From: a virus | Virus record (IMG/VR): IMGVR_UViG_3300042868_010125 | Coordinates: 37,597-101,596 of that record | Strand: one strand, 5' to 3' | Length of the DNA stretch: 64,000 nucleotides | Translations under genes and position numbers: made by a program | Shown: positions 35,129 through 45,132 of the stretch, piece by piece | Numbering within the stretch: position 1 is the first letter of the stretch | Layout: each line of letters starts with the position of its first letter | Notes under the pieces: generated by a model | The model's database searches: none | Told to the model about the DNA's origin: nothing | Seen by the model: only the letters and a program-made list of their open reading frames with translations

Positions 35129-37926
35129 ATAATCAAGATTCTAAAAAAGAAGTAGTGTACAAGACTGGTAGTGTTATATATAGAAAAAGTTCATTAGGTT
35201 CACCAGGACCAGGCTGGTTAAATTTAAGTACTACTCAAACTATTAACTCAAATTCTAGACTTGGTAAAATAATTCCTTATTACTCTACTTGGTCTTCAGT
35301 TAATCATACTATTGGCTTAAGTATTATTAATTCTGTTGCTTATGGTAATGGGACATATATAGCAGCAGGTGCAGGAGGAGCGCTAAGGACCTCAACGGAT
35401 AACGGTGTGACGTGGAATACGCAAACTTCACAGTTCGGTGCAAATGGAATTTGTTCTGCTGCATATGGTAATGGAGCTTGGCTTTTGGTGGGAGACGGAG
35501 GAAATGCAAAAACATCACTAGATAATGCGGTAAACTGGATTAATTACGGAGTTAATTTTGGTTCAAGTACTATTTTTTCAACTGCCTATGGTAATGGAAT
35601 TTATGTTGCGGTAGGCGCAGGAGGAGCGCTAAGGACCTCAACGGATAACGGTGTGACGTGGAATACGCAAACTTCACAGTTCGGTGGAACTTCAATTTCT
35701 TCAGTTGCCTATGGTAATGGAGTTTTTGTAGTGGGAGGAGACTCGGCGGTATTAAGAACGTCTACTGATGCAATAAACTGGAACACGCAAACGTCACAGT
35801 TTGGAACAACTGGAATTCGTGCTATCACGTATGGAAACGGCACGTGGGTAGCTGGAGGACAAGCAGGAACGTTAAGAACTTCAACAAACATAACTGTTTG
35901 GAACGCTCATGGAAATCAGTTTGGTGCAACTGCCATATCTGCGGTTGCGTACGGCAACGGTGTCTGGGTAGCTGGAGGTGCGAGTGGAACGTTAAGAACT
36001 TCAACTGACGCGCTTAACTGGAATACGCAGACGTCACAATTTGGTTCAAGTATTATTTATGCAGTCGCGTATGGAAATGGAGTATGGGTTGTAGGAGGCG
36101 CAGGGGGAACGCTGCGGACCTCAACTGACACGCTTAACTGGAATACGCAAACTTCACAGTTTGGAACTAGTATAATTAGTGCAATTGCGTATGGCAACGG
36201 CACGTGGGTAGCGGTGGGTGCGGGTGGAGCGTTAAGAAATTCAACGAATAACGGTGTGACGTGGAATACGCAGACGTCAACGTTTGGAACCAGTGATATT
36301 CGCTCTGTTGCATATGGTAATGGTGTCTTTGTAGTGGGAGGAGCAGGAGGAGCGATAAGAACTTCAACGAATAACGGTGTTACGTGGACCACGCGTACTT
36401 CTAATACTACAAGTAGTTTAAACGCCGTTTCTTATGGTAATGGTGTCTTTATAGCGACAGGAGCAGGAGGAGCGATAAGAACTTCACCTGATGGTGTTAC
36501 GTGGACCACGCGTACTTCTAATACTACAAGTAGTTTAAACGCCGTTTCTTATGGTAATGGTGTGTGGACTGCAGCGTCTTTTTCTGGAGGACTACGGACC
36601 TCAACTGATAACGGTGTAACATGGAATACTCAGACTCCTAACTTTGGTACAAGTGATATTCTTGGTGTTGCGTACGGAAATGGAACTTGGTTACTTGGAG
36701 GAAGTGGTGGAACTACAAGAACATCAACTAACAATGCTATAACTTGGATAGGATACGGTACTAATTTTGGAAGTACTCTTACTATCGATGCAGTTGGGTA
36801 TGGAGGTGGTGTGTGGGTAGCGACAGGATTTGCAGGAACACTGCGGACCTCAACTGACACGCTTAACTGGAATACGCAAACTTCAGAGTTTGGCGGTTCA
36901 AGTGGAATTAGTGCTGTTGCGTATGGTAACGGCACGTGGGTTGCGGGAGGAAGCGCAGGAACGTTAAGAACTTCAACAAACGGCGGTGTGACCTGGAACA
37001 CGCAAACGTCACAGTTTGGAACAAGTTCGATCGTAGCCGTTGCGTATGCAAACGGAACGTGGGTCTTGGGAGGCGCGGGGGGAACGCTGCGGACCTCAAC
37101 TGACACTATAAACTGGAATACACAAACTTCAGAGTTTGGAACAAGTGGGATTAACTCGGTTGCATATGGAAATGGAATTTTTGTTGCGGCAGGTGCGAGT
37201 GGAAAACTGCGCTCCTCAACTGACACTATAAACTGGAGATCTTATGGACCTAACTTTGGCACATCAGCTGTCCAGTCAGTCGCGTATGGAAATGGAGTAT
37301 GGGTTGCTGTAGGAATACAAGGTATGCTGCACTCCTCGACTGACGCGCTTAACTGGAATACGCAGACGTCACAATTTGGTTCAAGTACTATATGTGCAGT
37401 TGCTTATGGAAATGGAACTTTCATTGCGGTGGGTGCTAGTGGAACGTTAAGAACTTCAACTGACGCGCTTAACTGGAATACGCAAACTTCACAGTTTGGA
37501 ACCAGTGCGATTAGCTCGGTTGCATATGGAAATGGTGTGTGGGCCGCAGGAGGTGCAGGAGGAGCGCTAAGGACCTCAACGGATAACGGTGTGACGTGGA
37601 ACACGCAAAACTCTAACATTCCTATAACGTTAGGTATTTCTTCAATAGCCTACGGAGATGGAATATTTATTTTGGTAAGCTTAAATGGAGGAGTAAGAAC
37701 GTCTTTAGATGGAATAAACTGGACAACACAGGTATACTCGTACGCAGGCGCGGACACACTTGAGCCTGTTTCTAGGGTAGCGTATGGGAATAACTCTTGG
37801 ATTATCGCAGGAGGATCAAACCAGTCACTTTACATGGCTAAAAACAGCAAATCTATCCCTAAAACTTACCATGTACTTACTCCTATAGAGGCTCCAGTAG
37901 GATACACTCCTTGGATTAAAACCTAA
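35125..37926 (+). CDS. YGNG-repeat beta-propeller protein, 21 blades, inside a tail-collar-like frame
   Basis: 21 repeats; N-terminal TGSVIY..PGPGWL, C-terminal GYTPWIKT; ATGA overlap start. Confidence 0.85.
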   Translation: MNNQDSKKEVVYKTGSVIYRKSSLGSPGPGWLNLSTTQTINSNSRLGKIIPYYSTWSSVNHTIGLSIINSVAYGNGTYIAAGAGGALRTSTDNGVTWNTQTSQFGANGICSAAYGNGAWLLVGDGGNAKTSLDNAVNWINYGVNFGSSTIFSTAYGNGIYVAVGAGGALRTSTDNGVTWNTQTSQFGGTSISSVAYGNGVFVVGGDSAVLRTSTDAINWNTQTSQFGTTGIRAITYGNGTWVAGGQAGTLRTSTNITVWNAHGNQFGATAISAVAYGNGVWVAGGASGTLRTSTDALNWNTQTSQFGSSIIYAVAYGNGVWVVGGAGGTLRTSTDTLNWNTQTSQFGTSIISAIAYGNGTWVAVGAGGALRNSTNNGVTWNTQTSTFGTSDIRSVAYGNGVFVVGGAGGAIRTSTNNGVTWTTRTSNTTSSLNAVSYGNGVFIATGAGGAIRTSPDGVTWTTRTSNTTSSLNAVSYGNGVWTAASFSGGLRTSTDNGVTWNTQTPNFGTSDILGVAYGNGTWLLGGSGGTTRTSTNNAITWIGYGTNFGSTLTIDAVGYGGGVWVATGFAGTLRTSTDTLNWNTQTSEFGGSSGISAVAYGNGTWVAGGSAGTLRTSTNGGVTWNTQTSQFGTSSIVAVAYANGTWVLGGAGGTLRTSTDTINWNTQTSEFGTSGINSVAYGNGIFVAAGASGKLRSSTDTINWRSYGPNFGTSAVQSVAYGNGVWVAVGIQGMLHSSTDALNWNTQTSQFGSSTICAVAYGNGTFIAVGASGTLRTSTDALNWNTQTSQFGTSAISSVAYGNGVWAAGGAGGALRTSTDNGVTWNTQNSNIPITLGISSIAYGDGIFILVSLNGGVRTSLDGINWTTQVYSYAGADTLEPVSRVAYGNNSWIIAGGSNQSLYMAKNSKSIPKTYHVLTPIEAPVGYTPWIKT

Positions 37927-37965
37927 TATTATGATATTTAGCATAGTTTATGATACTATATCTAC

Positions 37966-38721
37966 ATGCTAAAATTGGACACTATACGTAGTACAACTTT
38001 GTTTGTCGCGACACCGTGCTACGGTGGACTAGTAAATGAAAAATACGTACAGTCCTTACTTCAACTAGTTTCTAAGTCAGCACAGTATGGAATGAAGTTA
38101 GGATACTTTACACGCTCTAATGAAAGTTTAATCACAAGAGCAAGAAATGATCTTGTTTTTACTTTTCTACAAACTCCAGCAACCCACCTAATGTTTATTG
38201 ATGCTGATATAAACTTTAATCCAGACGATGTATTTAAGATGATTAGCATGAATAAAGACGTTATTACTGGAGCGTATCCTACAAAAATGATAGATTGGCA
38301 AAAAATGGCTAGCTCTGCGTCAAATGATGTTAAAACGCTACAGTCTAATGCAATTCGCTATTCTTCAGGTGTAAATAAGTTAACTAGTACTTCTAGCACA
38401 ACTGAAAATGGATTATTAGAAATATATGATGGTGCTACTGGTTTTATGCTTATTAAAAGACCAGTTATAGAAAAACTTATAAAAAGTTATCCTGAAACAC
38501 GCTATATTCCAGAGGTTTATGATGAAGAGTCTCAGAAAGGAATGTCAAAATACGCTATTTTTGATACCATGATTGATAATGGAAGGTATCTCAGCGAGGA
38601 CTACACGTTTTGTCGTCGTTGGCAAAATATTGGTGGAAAAGTATACGTTGACCCAACAATAGTCTTAGACCATGTAGGAACTTACACTTTTAAAGGTGGA
38701 AATATATCGGAGGATAACTAA
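37966..38721 (+). CDS. GT-A fold glycosyltransferase
   Basis: ATPCYGG, ESLITRARN, FIDAD (DxD), TGFMLI, LSEDY.FC..W, LDHVG. Confidence 0.8.
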   Translation: MLKLDTIRSTTLFVATPCYGGLVNEKYVQSLLQLVSKSAQYGMKLGYFTRSNESLITRARNDLVFTFLQTPATHLMFIDADINFNPDDVFKMISMNKDVITGAYPTKMIDWQKMASSASNDVKTLQSNAIRYSSGVNKLTSTSSTTENGLLEIYDGATGFMLIKRPVIEKLIKSYPETRYIPEVYDEESQKGMSKYAIFDTMIDNGRYLSEDYTFCRRWQNIGGKVYVDPTIVLDHVGTYTFKGGNISEDN

Positions 38722-38725
38722 ATTT

Positions 38726-39403
38726 ATGGACACACAAATACCTCATTTTAATGTACTTATAGCCACACCTGGGCACTCAATGCAACAAGCTTATGTGCGT
38801 AGTCTTGCAAAAACTATTTACTTTTTTGATCAAAACCAAATTACTTGGAATTTTTTAACTGAGTACTCATCTTTAGTTGCTGACGCAAGAGAGAAAACTA
38901 TCGGAGGACTAGGGTATCAAGATCCTAATGACTCTCGTCCAGGCCATGGATTATATAGTTACGATCGAATACTTTGGATCGACTCCGACATCGAGTGGGA
39001 ACCAGAGGACGTACATAAGTTACTTAGTAATGACGTTGAAGTTGTTTCTGGCTGTTACATGCTTGCAAATGAAGAAGTGACAGTGTACCCAAAGGTTTTA
39101 CGTGGAGGGATGACAAAAGAAGAAATAATGTCAAGAAAAAAACCTTTTGCTGTAAGAGGAGTTGGTTTTGGATTTTTAGCTGTAAAACAAGGTATATTTG
39201 AAAAAATAAAGCGTCCTTGGTTTTCACAAACGGAAGTAGAAGTAATAAATGAAGAAACTGGTGCTGTAGAGTATAAATTTCCTTTAATGGGAGAAGATCT
39301 TTCCTGGTGTGAAAAAGTTCACAGGATGGGAGTTACTATATGGGTAGATCCACTTGTTAGAGTAAATCATCACAAGCAAGTTAAAATTGAGTGGCCAAAG
39401 TAG
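38726..39403 (+). CDS. GT-A fold glycosyltransferase
   Basis: IATPG, WIDSD, GFGF..VK.G.FE..RPWF, GEDLSWC, VNHHK; start at ATG38726. Confidence 0.8.
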   Translation: MDTQIPHFNVLIATPGHSMQQAYVRSLAKTIYFFDQNQITWNFLTEYSSLVADAREKTIGGLGYQDPNDSRPGHGLYSYDRILWIDSDIEWEPEDVHKLLSNDVEVVSGCYMLANEEVTVYPKVLRGGMTKEEIMSRKKPFAVRGVGFGFLAVKQGIFEKIKRPWFSQTEVEVINEETGAVEYKFPLMGEDLSWCEKVHRMGVTIWVDPLVRVNHHKQVKIEWPK

Positions 39404-39457
39404 CACTAAAGTTATTTTAAGTAAATAATAAATACTAAAGTTTAGAGAGGAAACTAG

Positions 39458-40378
39458 ATGATTGACCCTAAAGGTGGAGAAGATATTATGCTAGAAAACC
39501 TAGCAAAATATGTTGATCTTGATAAGTATAATGTAAACATCATTAATTCTAAGTGTTATAGAGATTTAGTTGATATGGATAAGCGCAATATCTTATGGCA
39601 GCATATCCCCGCGAATCAAAGTGTTGTTCAAGGAATTAAAGATAAATATTTTAATAGATTAATAGATGCATATGTGTATGTCTCACACTGGCAGCATGAA
39701 AAATTTCGTTATATTCATCAAATTCATCTAGAAAATGCGTATGTAGTTAGAAATGCAATAGAATCAATTAGTTATGTAGAAAAGCCAAAAGAAAAAATAA
39801 AACTTATATATACTTCTATGCCATATCGTGGTTTAGATGTTTTACTTGACTCTTTTGAGCTTTTAAACAGAGATGATATAGAATTAGATATTTATTCTTC
39901 TACTCAGATATATGGCCAAGAATATGTAGAGTATGAAGGTAATAAATATGAGCAACTTTTTGATCGCGCTCGCAGTATGAAAAATGTTAACTATATCGGA
40001 TATGCTCCACATAAAGATGTTATCTTAGCTCTTCAAAAAGCTCATATCTTTGCTTATCCTTGTATTTTTGAAGAGACAGCCTGTCTTTCCATGATAGAAG
40101 CAGGCGCAGCTGGATGTAACTTAGTTACAACAAACATTGGAGGATTACCAGAAACAGGTTCTATATATGCAAAGCTAGTTCCAATTCAAGCAGATGCCAA
40201 AATTCTTATTGCAAATTACGCCAAGGCACTAGAAGAGACTATAAATAATTATTGGTCACTTGAAAATCAAGAATTTATTAAAGAGCAATCTGATTTTTTT
40301 AATAAACACTATAGCTGGGAAACTAGAAAATATGAGTGGATTAAGATATTAGAATCTCTTCCAGATCAGGTTAAATAA
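39458..40378 (+). CDS. GT-B (GT4-like) glycosyltransferase
   Basis: YTSMPYRGL, AYPCIFEETACLSMIEA..AG (EX7E), GGLPET. Confidence 0.85.
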   Translation: MIDPKGGEDIMLENLAKYVDLDKYNVNIINSKCYRDLVDMDKRNILWQHIPANQSVVQGIKDKYFNRLIDAYVYVSHWQHEKFRYIHQIHLENAYVVRNAIESISYVEKPKEKIKLIYTSMPYRGLDVLLDSFELLNRDDIELDIYSSTQIYGQEYVEYEGNKYEQLFDRARSMKNVNYIGYAPHKDVILALQKAHIFAYPCIFEETACLSMIEAGAAGCNLVTTNIGGLPETGSIYAKLVPIQADAKILIANYAKALEETINNYWSLENQEFIKEQSDFFNKHYSWETRKYEWIKILESLPDQVK

Positions 40379-40896
40379 TGCCTTCTTCACACCCAGAAAA
40401 TAAAAGTTGGCTGCTTAAGAAAATTAAGCAGATTAAACCTAAAAATATTTTAGACGTTGGTGCTGGAGAAGGAACTTATGGAGAATTTATAAAATCATTT
40501 ATAAATTCTAACATTGTTATTGATGCAATAGAAGTTTGGCAACCATATATAGATCATTTTAATTTAAAATCAATATATGATAATGTTTATCAAAAAGACG
40601 TAAGAGTATACGATAATTTTGATTATGATATAGTAATTTTTGGTGATGTTTTAGAGCACATGTCAGCAAATGATGCTATTCAACTTTGGAATAGATGTTC
40701 TAAACAAGCAAAGTACGCGATAATATCTATACCTATAACTCATATGCCACAAGGGGCTTTCAATAATAATCCATATGAGATTCATGTGGAAGAAGACTGG
40801 AACTCTGAGCTAGTCTTAGAAAAGTTTCATAGTATTATTGACTATAAACTTTTTCAATTTACAGGAGCATTTATCGCAAAGTTTACTGGTAATTAG
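40378..40896 (+). CDS. Class I SAM-dependent methyltransferase
   Basis: ILDVGAGEG, GDVLEHM. Confidence 0.85.
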   Translation: MPSSHPENKSWLLKKIKQIKPKNILDVGAGEGTYGEFIKSFINSNIVIDAIEVWQPYIDHFNLKSIYDNVYQKDVRVYDNFDYDIVIFGDVLEHMSANDAIQLWNRCSKQAKYAIISIPITHMPQGAFNNNPYEIHVEEDWNSELVLEKFHSIIDYKLFQFTGAFIAKFTGN

Positions 40897-40931
40897 TTCT
40901 ATGTTATTAACTAATAGTTTAGGTAAAATAC

Positions 40932-41615
40932 ATGAAAAAACACATTAATGTTCTTATTGCAACTCCAGGAAGATCAATGGAGGCAGAGTATGTAAAAAGT
41001 TTAATTTCAACAATAACTTATCTTAAAGACGTTGGAATTAGCTATTTATTTTTAAATGAGTACTCTTCTGCTGTAAGTACTGCTAGAGAAGCTACAGCAA
41101 TGGGTTCTAAATTTTTAGACGCATTTAATCAATCTCCAGTTAGAGGAGAAGTTACATATGATAAATTCTTTTGGATAGATTCTGATATATCTTGGACTAT
41201 AGCTGATTTTATGAATATGTATAGTTCAGATAAAGATATAGTTTCAGGAATATATATAGATCAATTTGGTACTCCTATGTTTGCAATAGACACTCCTGCA
41301 GGACAAGAAATTTCTGCTTATAAAATTATTACAGAACAAGAATATCGTGAGATATCATCTGCTGGATTTGGGTTTATTTGTGTAAAACAAGGTGTTTTTG
41401 AAAATATAAAAAGACCTTGGTTTGAGACTCATTTTTCAAAAATACATGGTAGTAACGGAGAAGAGTTTTTAGTCCCACTTGCTGAAGATTTTTCTTGGTG
41501 CAGAAAGGCTCAAGAAGCTGGATATAAAATATTTTTAGATCCTAGAGTTCAAGTTGCTCATCATAAGAAAGTAATGATATTCCCAAAAGATCTTATACGC
41601 AATCCAGAATTATAG
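40932..41615 (+). CDS. GT-A fold glycosyltransferase, paralog of 38726
   Basis: NVLIATPG, EYSS, WIDSD, GFGF.CVKQGVFE.IKRPWF, AEDFSWC. Confidence 0.8.
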   Translation: MKKHINVLIATPGRSMEAEYVKSLISTITYLKDVGISYLFLNEYSSAVSTAREATAMGSKFLDAFNQSPVRGEVTYDKFFWIDSDISWTIADFMNMYSSDKDIVSGIYIDQFGTPMFAIDTPAGQEISAYKIITEQEYREISSAGFGFICVKQGVFENIKRPWFETHFSKIHGSNGEEFLVPLAEDFSWCRKAQEAGYKIFLDPRVQVAHHKKVMIFPKDLIRNPEL

Positions 41616-41648
41616 ACATTTATAAATTTATCATGATAAATTAGGCTT

Positions 41649-42689
41649 ATGATTAAAGTTGCCGCATACGCTATTGCCCTGAACGAGGAGAAGCACGCTC
41701 AGCGTTGGGCAGACACCACTAAAGATGCAGACTTTAGATTAGTCTGTGACACAGGCTCTACAGATAAAACAGTAGAGATATTAAGAAGCAATGGGATTAT
41801 TGTCTATGAAATAAGTGTAAAGCCTTGGAGATTTGATGTTGCAAGAAATACTGCTCAGAGTTTATTACCAGCAGATATAGATGTGTGTCTAAGTTTAGAT
41901 TTAGATGAAACAGTAGATAAAGACTTTTTTAAAAAAGTAAAAGAGCACTGGGCGCCAGGGGCTAACAAAGGTTGGTGTGATTTTGACACTGGTCATACTT
42001 GGCTAGGTGCTCGCTTGCACGCTAGAGATGGTGTGTATTGGAAATATCCTATTCATGAAGTATTTGTTCCTTCCCTTGATACACCTTTGATGAGTTGCAC
42101 TATTCCTACCAAGATGTACCACAAACCAGATAATACAAAATCTCGCGGGCAATATATGACAATGTTAATTGCTGCAAGTAAAGAGTTTGGTGAAGACCAT
42201 CGAATTTGGGTATATCTGTGTCGTGAATATTACTATTACAAGATGTGGGATTTAGTAATTAGTAGCGCTCAAAAAGTTAGTGATTTTAGTAAAGACTGGT
42301 TCGTGGAACGTGCAGCAGTATGTAGATTTGCATCTGAAGCATGCAGAAATTTAGGAAGACTTGAAGAAGCACACACGTGGGCAGATAAAGCAATTTCTAT
42401 CGACCCATGCGGTGAGGCGTATTATGAAAAAGTACGTTGCTACTATGAACAAAGTGATTGGGGTGGGGTGTGGGAAACTTGCAAACTAGTTGCTACATGC
42501 CAACCAACTAATCACTACCTATCATCTGAAGCTCTATGGAATTGGATGCTAGATGATATGAGAGCGCTATCTGCTCATTACCTAGGTGATAAAGCAAAGG
42601 CAGTAGAGTATGGAGAAAAAGCACTTATAGGAAATCCAACGGATGCCAGATTAATAAATAATATGGTTTTTTATAAGCAAGGTATCTAA
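41649..42689 (+). CDS. GT2 glycosyltransferase with C-terminal TPR-like repeats
   Basis: AIALNEE, DTGSTD, WRFDVARN, SLDLDE, PIHE; helical TPR-like C-terminus. Confidence 0.85.
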   Translation: MIKVAAYAIALNEEKHAQRWADTTKDADFRLVCDTGSTDKTVEILRSNGIIVYEISVKPWRFDVARNTAQSLLPADIDVCLSLDLDETVDKDFFKKVKEHWAPGANKGWCDFDTGHTWLGARLHARDGVYWKYPIHEVFVPSLDTPLMSCTIPTKMYHKPDNTKSRGQYMTMLIAASKEFGEDHRIWVYLCREYYYYKMWDLVISSAQKVSDFSKDWFVERAAVCRFASEACRNLGRLEEAHTWADKAISIDPCGEAYYEKVRCYYEQSDWGGVWETCKLVATCQPTNHYLSSEALWNWMLDDMRALSAHYLGDKAKAVEYGEKALIGNPTDARLINNMVFYKQGI

Positions 42690-43555
42690 TGACTCAGCCA
42701 AATGTATTTTTAGCCCTTCTTGTAAAACAAAAAGAAGCCGTTCTTCCATTATTTCTAGAAAGTCTCAACAACTGGGACTACCCTAAAGAAAACATATTTA
42801 TCTACATCAGAACTAATAACAACACAGATAACACAAAAGGGCTTTTAGAAGAGTGGATAGAAGAGTACGGTGATAAATATAAAGGGCTAATCTACAACAG
42901 CGAAGATGTTCCACAAAAAGTAGAGCAGTACGATGTTCATTTCTGGAATGGTGAAAGGTTTAGAGTCTTAGGAAAAATTCGTCAAGAGAGTATGAACCAA
43001 GCCTTACTCACAGATTGTGAATACTACTTTGTAGTAGATATAGATAACTTTTTGTTCCCAGAAACACTCAAAGAATTAGTCAAACTAGACCTACCTATAG
43101 TTGCCCCATTTTTAAGATACGCGGTTGCTTTCGGTGAAAATGCTGATACTCCTGTAGAGGCTGCTAAGCGAGAAGGTCACATGAGTATGTATTACTCAAA
43201 CTATCATGACAAGGTAGATGACTTTGGTTCAATTATTGCAGAAGATGTTTACTACAAAATTTTAAATCAAGAGGTAAAAGGACTAATTGAGTGCATGTGC
43301 GTTCACTGCACCTACCTAATTAAAAGAGAGCATCTCTCTGAACTTACTTACCTAGAGGAGTCAGACCGCTGGGAGTACATGGTTTTTTCTAACTCTGCCA
43401 GAGACAAAGGGATACCTCAGTACATAGACAATAGAACTATATATGGCGTACTCACATTAAGTGAAAATCTTGGGGCCTCTAGATGGTGGTTTAACTATCT
43501 AAAAGATGAAAAAAATAGAACAGAAAAATATAAATCTATTATTAATTTTAGTTAA
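42689..43555 (+). CDS. GT-A glycosyltransferase resembling COLGALT/PLOD-type GT domains
   Basis: PNVFLALL..DYPKE..IRTNNNTDNT..EW, YYFVVDIDNFL..PETL..PIVAPFL, YSNY, VHCTYLI. Confidence 0.7.
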   Translation: MTQPNVFLALLVKQKEAVLPLFLESLNNWDYPKENIFIYIRTNNNTDNTKGLLEEWIEEYGDKYKGLIYNSEDVPQKVEQYDVHFWNGERFRVLGKIRQESMNQALLTDCEYYFVVDIDNFLFPETLKELVKLDLPIVAPFLRYAVAFGENADTPVEAAKREGHMSMYYSNYHDKVDDFGSIIAEDVYYKILNQEVKGLIECMCVHCTYLIKREHLSELTYLEESDRWEYMVFSNSARDKGIPQYIDNRTIYGVLTLSENLGASRWWFNYLKDEKNRTEKYKSIINFS

Positions 43556-44126
43556 GAGTTACAGTACGTTTTGGTTTCCAACCAACCCTTTCAAACTCTA
43601 AAAGAGTAGTTACATCTAAATTAAATGGGCTCAGCGACAAATCTAGGCATCTATAGTCACCATTATTAATATCTCTATTAACTAAATCTGCCGAGGCAAA
43701 ATCATTAGTTACTAAAGAAAATTTTGAAGACTTAATAATTTTTACAAGTATGTCAATCACATCTTTATTACATAAATGCTGCAGAACATCTTTGCATATT
43801 ATTAAATCTACTTTTGGTATTTCATAAGTAGTTATGTCATGACTAATAAACTCTACGTTAGAAGCAGAGTAAGAATTATTGTTAGACTCTATGACAGACT
43901 CTACAACATCTACACCTAGGTATGAAACAGATGATAAATCAAGAAACTTAGAGAACTGCCAGTCCCCACATCCAAGGTCAAGCACAGTTTTTATTTCAGG
44001 TTTATTAATATATTTTTGTAAAACATCTACATACTCTTTTACATTTTCTATCTTAGAGCCAGCTCCAGAGCCCCCATGCCAGAGGTCTTCTTTGTAAATT
44101 TTAGAAAATACCTCTTTGTTATTCAT
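43548..44126 (-). CDS. Class I SAM-dependent methyltransferase
   Basis: FSKIY..W..GSGAGS, VLDLGCGD, CKDVLQHL; start at ATG44126. Confidence 0.85.
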   Translation of the reverse strand: MNNKEVFSKIYKEDLWHGGSGAGSKIENVKEYVDVLQKYINKPEIKTVLDLGCGDWQFSKFLDLSSVSYLGVDVVESVIESNNNSYSASNVEFISHDITTYEIPKVDLIICKDVLQHLCNKDVIDILVKIIKSSKFSLVTNDFASADLVNRDINNGDYRCLDLSLSPFNLDVTTLLEFERVGWKPKRTVTLN

Positions 44127-44127
44127 T

Positions 44128-45132
44128 TTACATAAGCCTATCTGTCCATGTTTTCGGGGTTTTGTCGGTAACAAACTCTAGAGGCAGGTGATAATTAAAC
44201 TCCCTAGCGCCTTTAGACTTAATCCAATTTACTAATTCTACTAACCCAGAGTCTAACGAAGTAGTAGTTTTGTAATTTAAAAGCTCTCTTGCAAGATTGG
44301 CTGAACAATTAGCGTGAAAGACTTCTTGAGGCCTTCCTGGCATATAAATTGACTCTAACTTAAAATCAAGAATTATTGATAGTTTATAGGCCAACTCATT
44401 TATAGTAATAAACTCTTCATCTGGACCTATATTAATAGTTCTCCCATGAGCAACATCGGTCTCACATGCAATCATTAGAGGGTCAATGACATCTTGCATA
44501 AATGAAAAGCATCTTTTTTGCTCGCCATTTCCATAGATAATAGGTTGCTTGCCTTGAAGCATTCTATTTATCATAATCGAGGCTACGTTTCTGTAAGGGT
44601 CATCAAATTTTTGCCTAGGGCCAATAATGTTGTGTGGAACCAGTATTACGTAATTAAGCCCGTGAGTATCTGCAATATTTTTTATCATAAGTTCAGCCGC
44701 ATATTTTGCAATCCCATACGGATCCTGAGGCTTAGGAGTCATTGACTCAACGAATGGAACTACATCTTGAGTCCCATATCTTGCCATAGAAGATAGGTGA
44801 ACAATTTTTTTAACATTTGCCTTTACACAAGCACTCATTATGTTTGTAGTTATCTGCATAGTGTTTCTGACAACTAGAGAGGGGGAAAATACGGAAAGTC
44901 CTTCATAGGCAGTACACGCACTGTGCACTACCAAATCTACATCTTTAAAAAGTGGCTGAATCAGTTCTAAATTATCTAAATCTAAATTATTAAAGTCAAC
45001 ACCTGATGGAACGTTTTCTTTATAGCCACCTAATAAATTATCTATTCCTACAACCTCGTAGCCTTTAGCAAGAAAAGAATCTGCTAAGTGACTTCCCATA
45101 AATCCTGCTACACCAGTTATTAGAACCTTCAT
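44128..45132 (-). CDS. NAD-dependent nucleotide-sugar epimerase/dehydratase
   Basis: ITGVAGFMGS, SSMARYG, YGIAK (YxxxK), IYGNGEQKRCF. Confidence 0.9.
   Translation of the reverse strand: MKVLITGVAGFMGSHLADSFLAKGYEVVGIDNLLGGYKENVPSGVDFNNLDLDNLELIQPLFKDVDLVVHSACTAYEGLSVFSPSLVVRNTMQITTNIMSACVKANVKKIVHLSSMARYGTQDVVPFVESMTPKPQDPYGIAKYAAELMIKNIADTHGLNYVILVPHNIIGPRQKFDDPYRNVASIMINRMLQGKQPIIYGNGEQKRCFSFMQDVIDPLMIACETDVAHGRTINIGPDEEFITINELAYKLSIILDFKLESIYMPGRPQEVFHANCSANLARELLNYKTTTSLDSGLVELVNWIKSKGAREFNYHLPLEFVTDKTPKTWTDRLM

Noticed and set aside
29559-37926. Roughly 117-120-bp periodic repeats as a CRISPR array
   Set aside because: They are in-frame protein repeats with no repeat-spacer structure and no cas operon.
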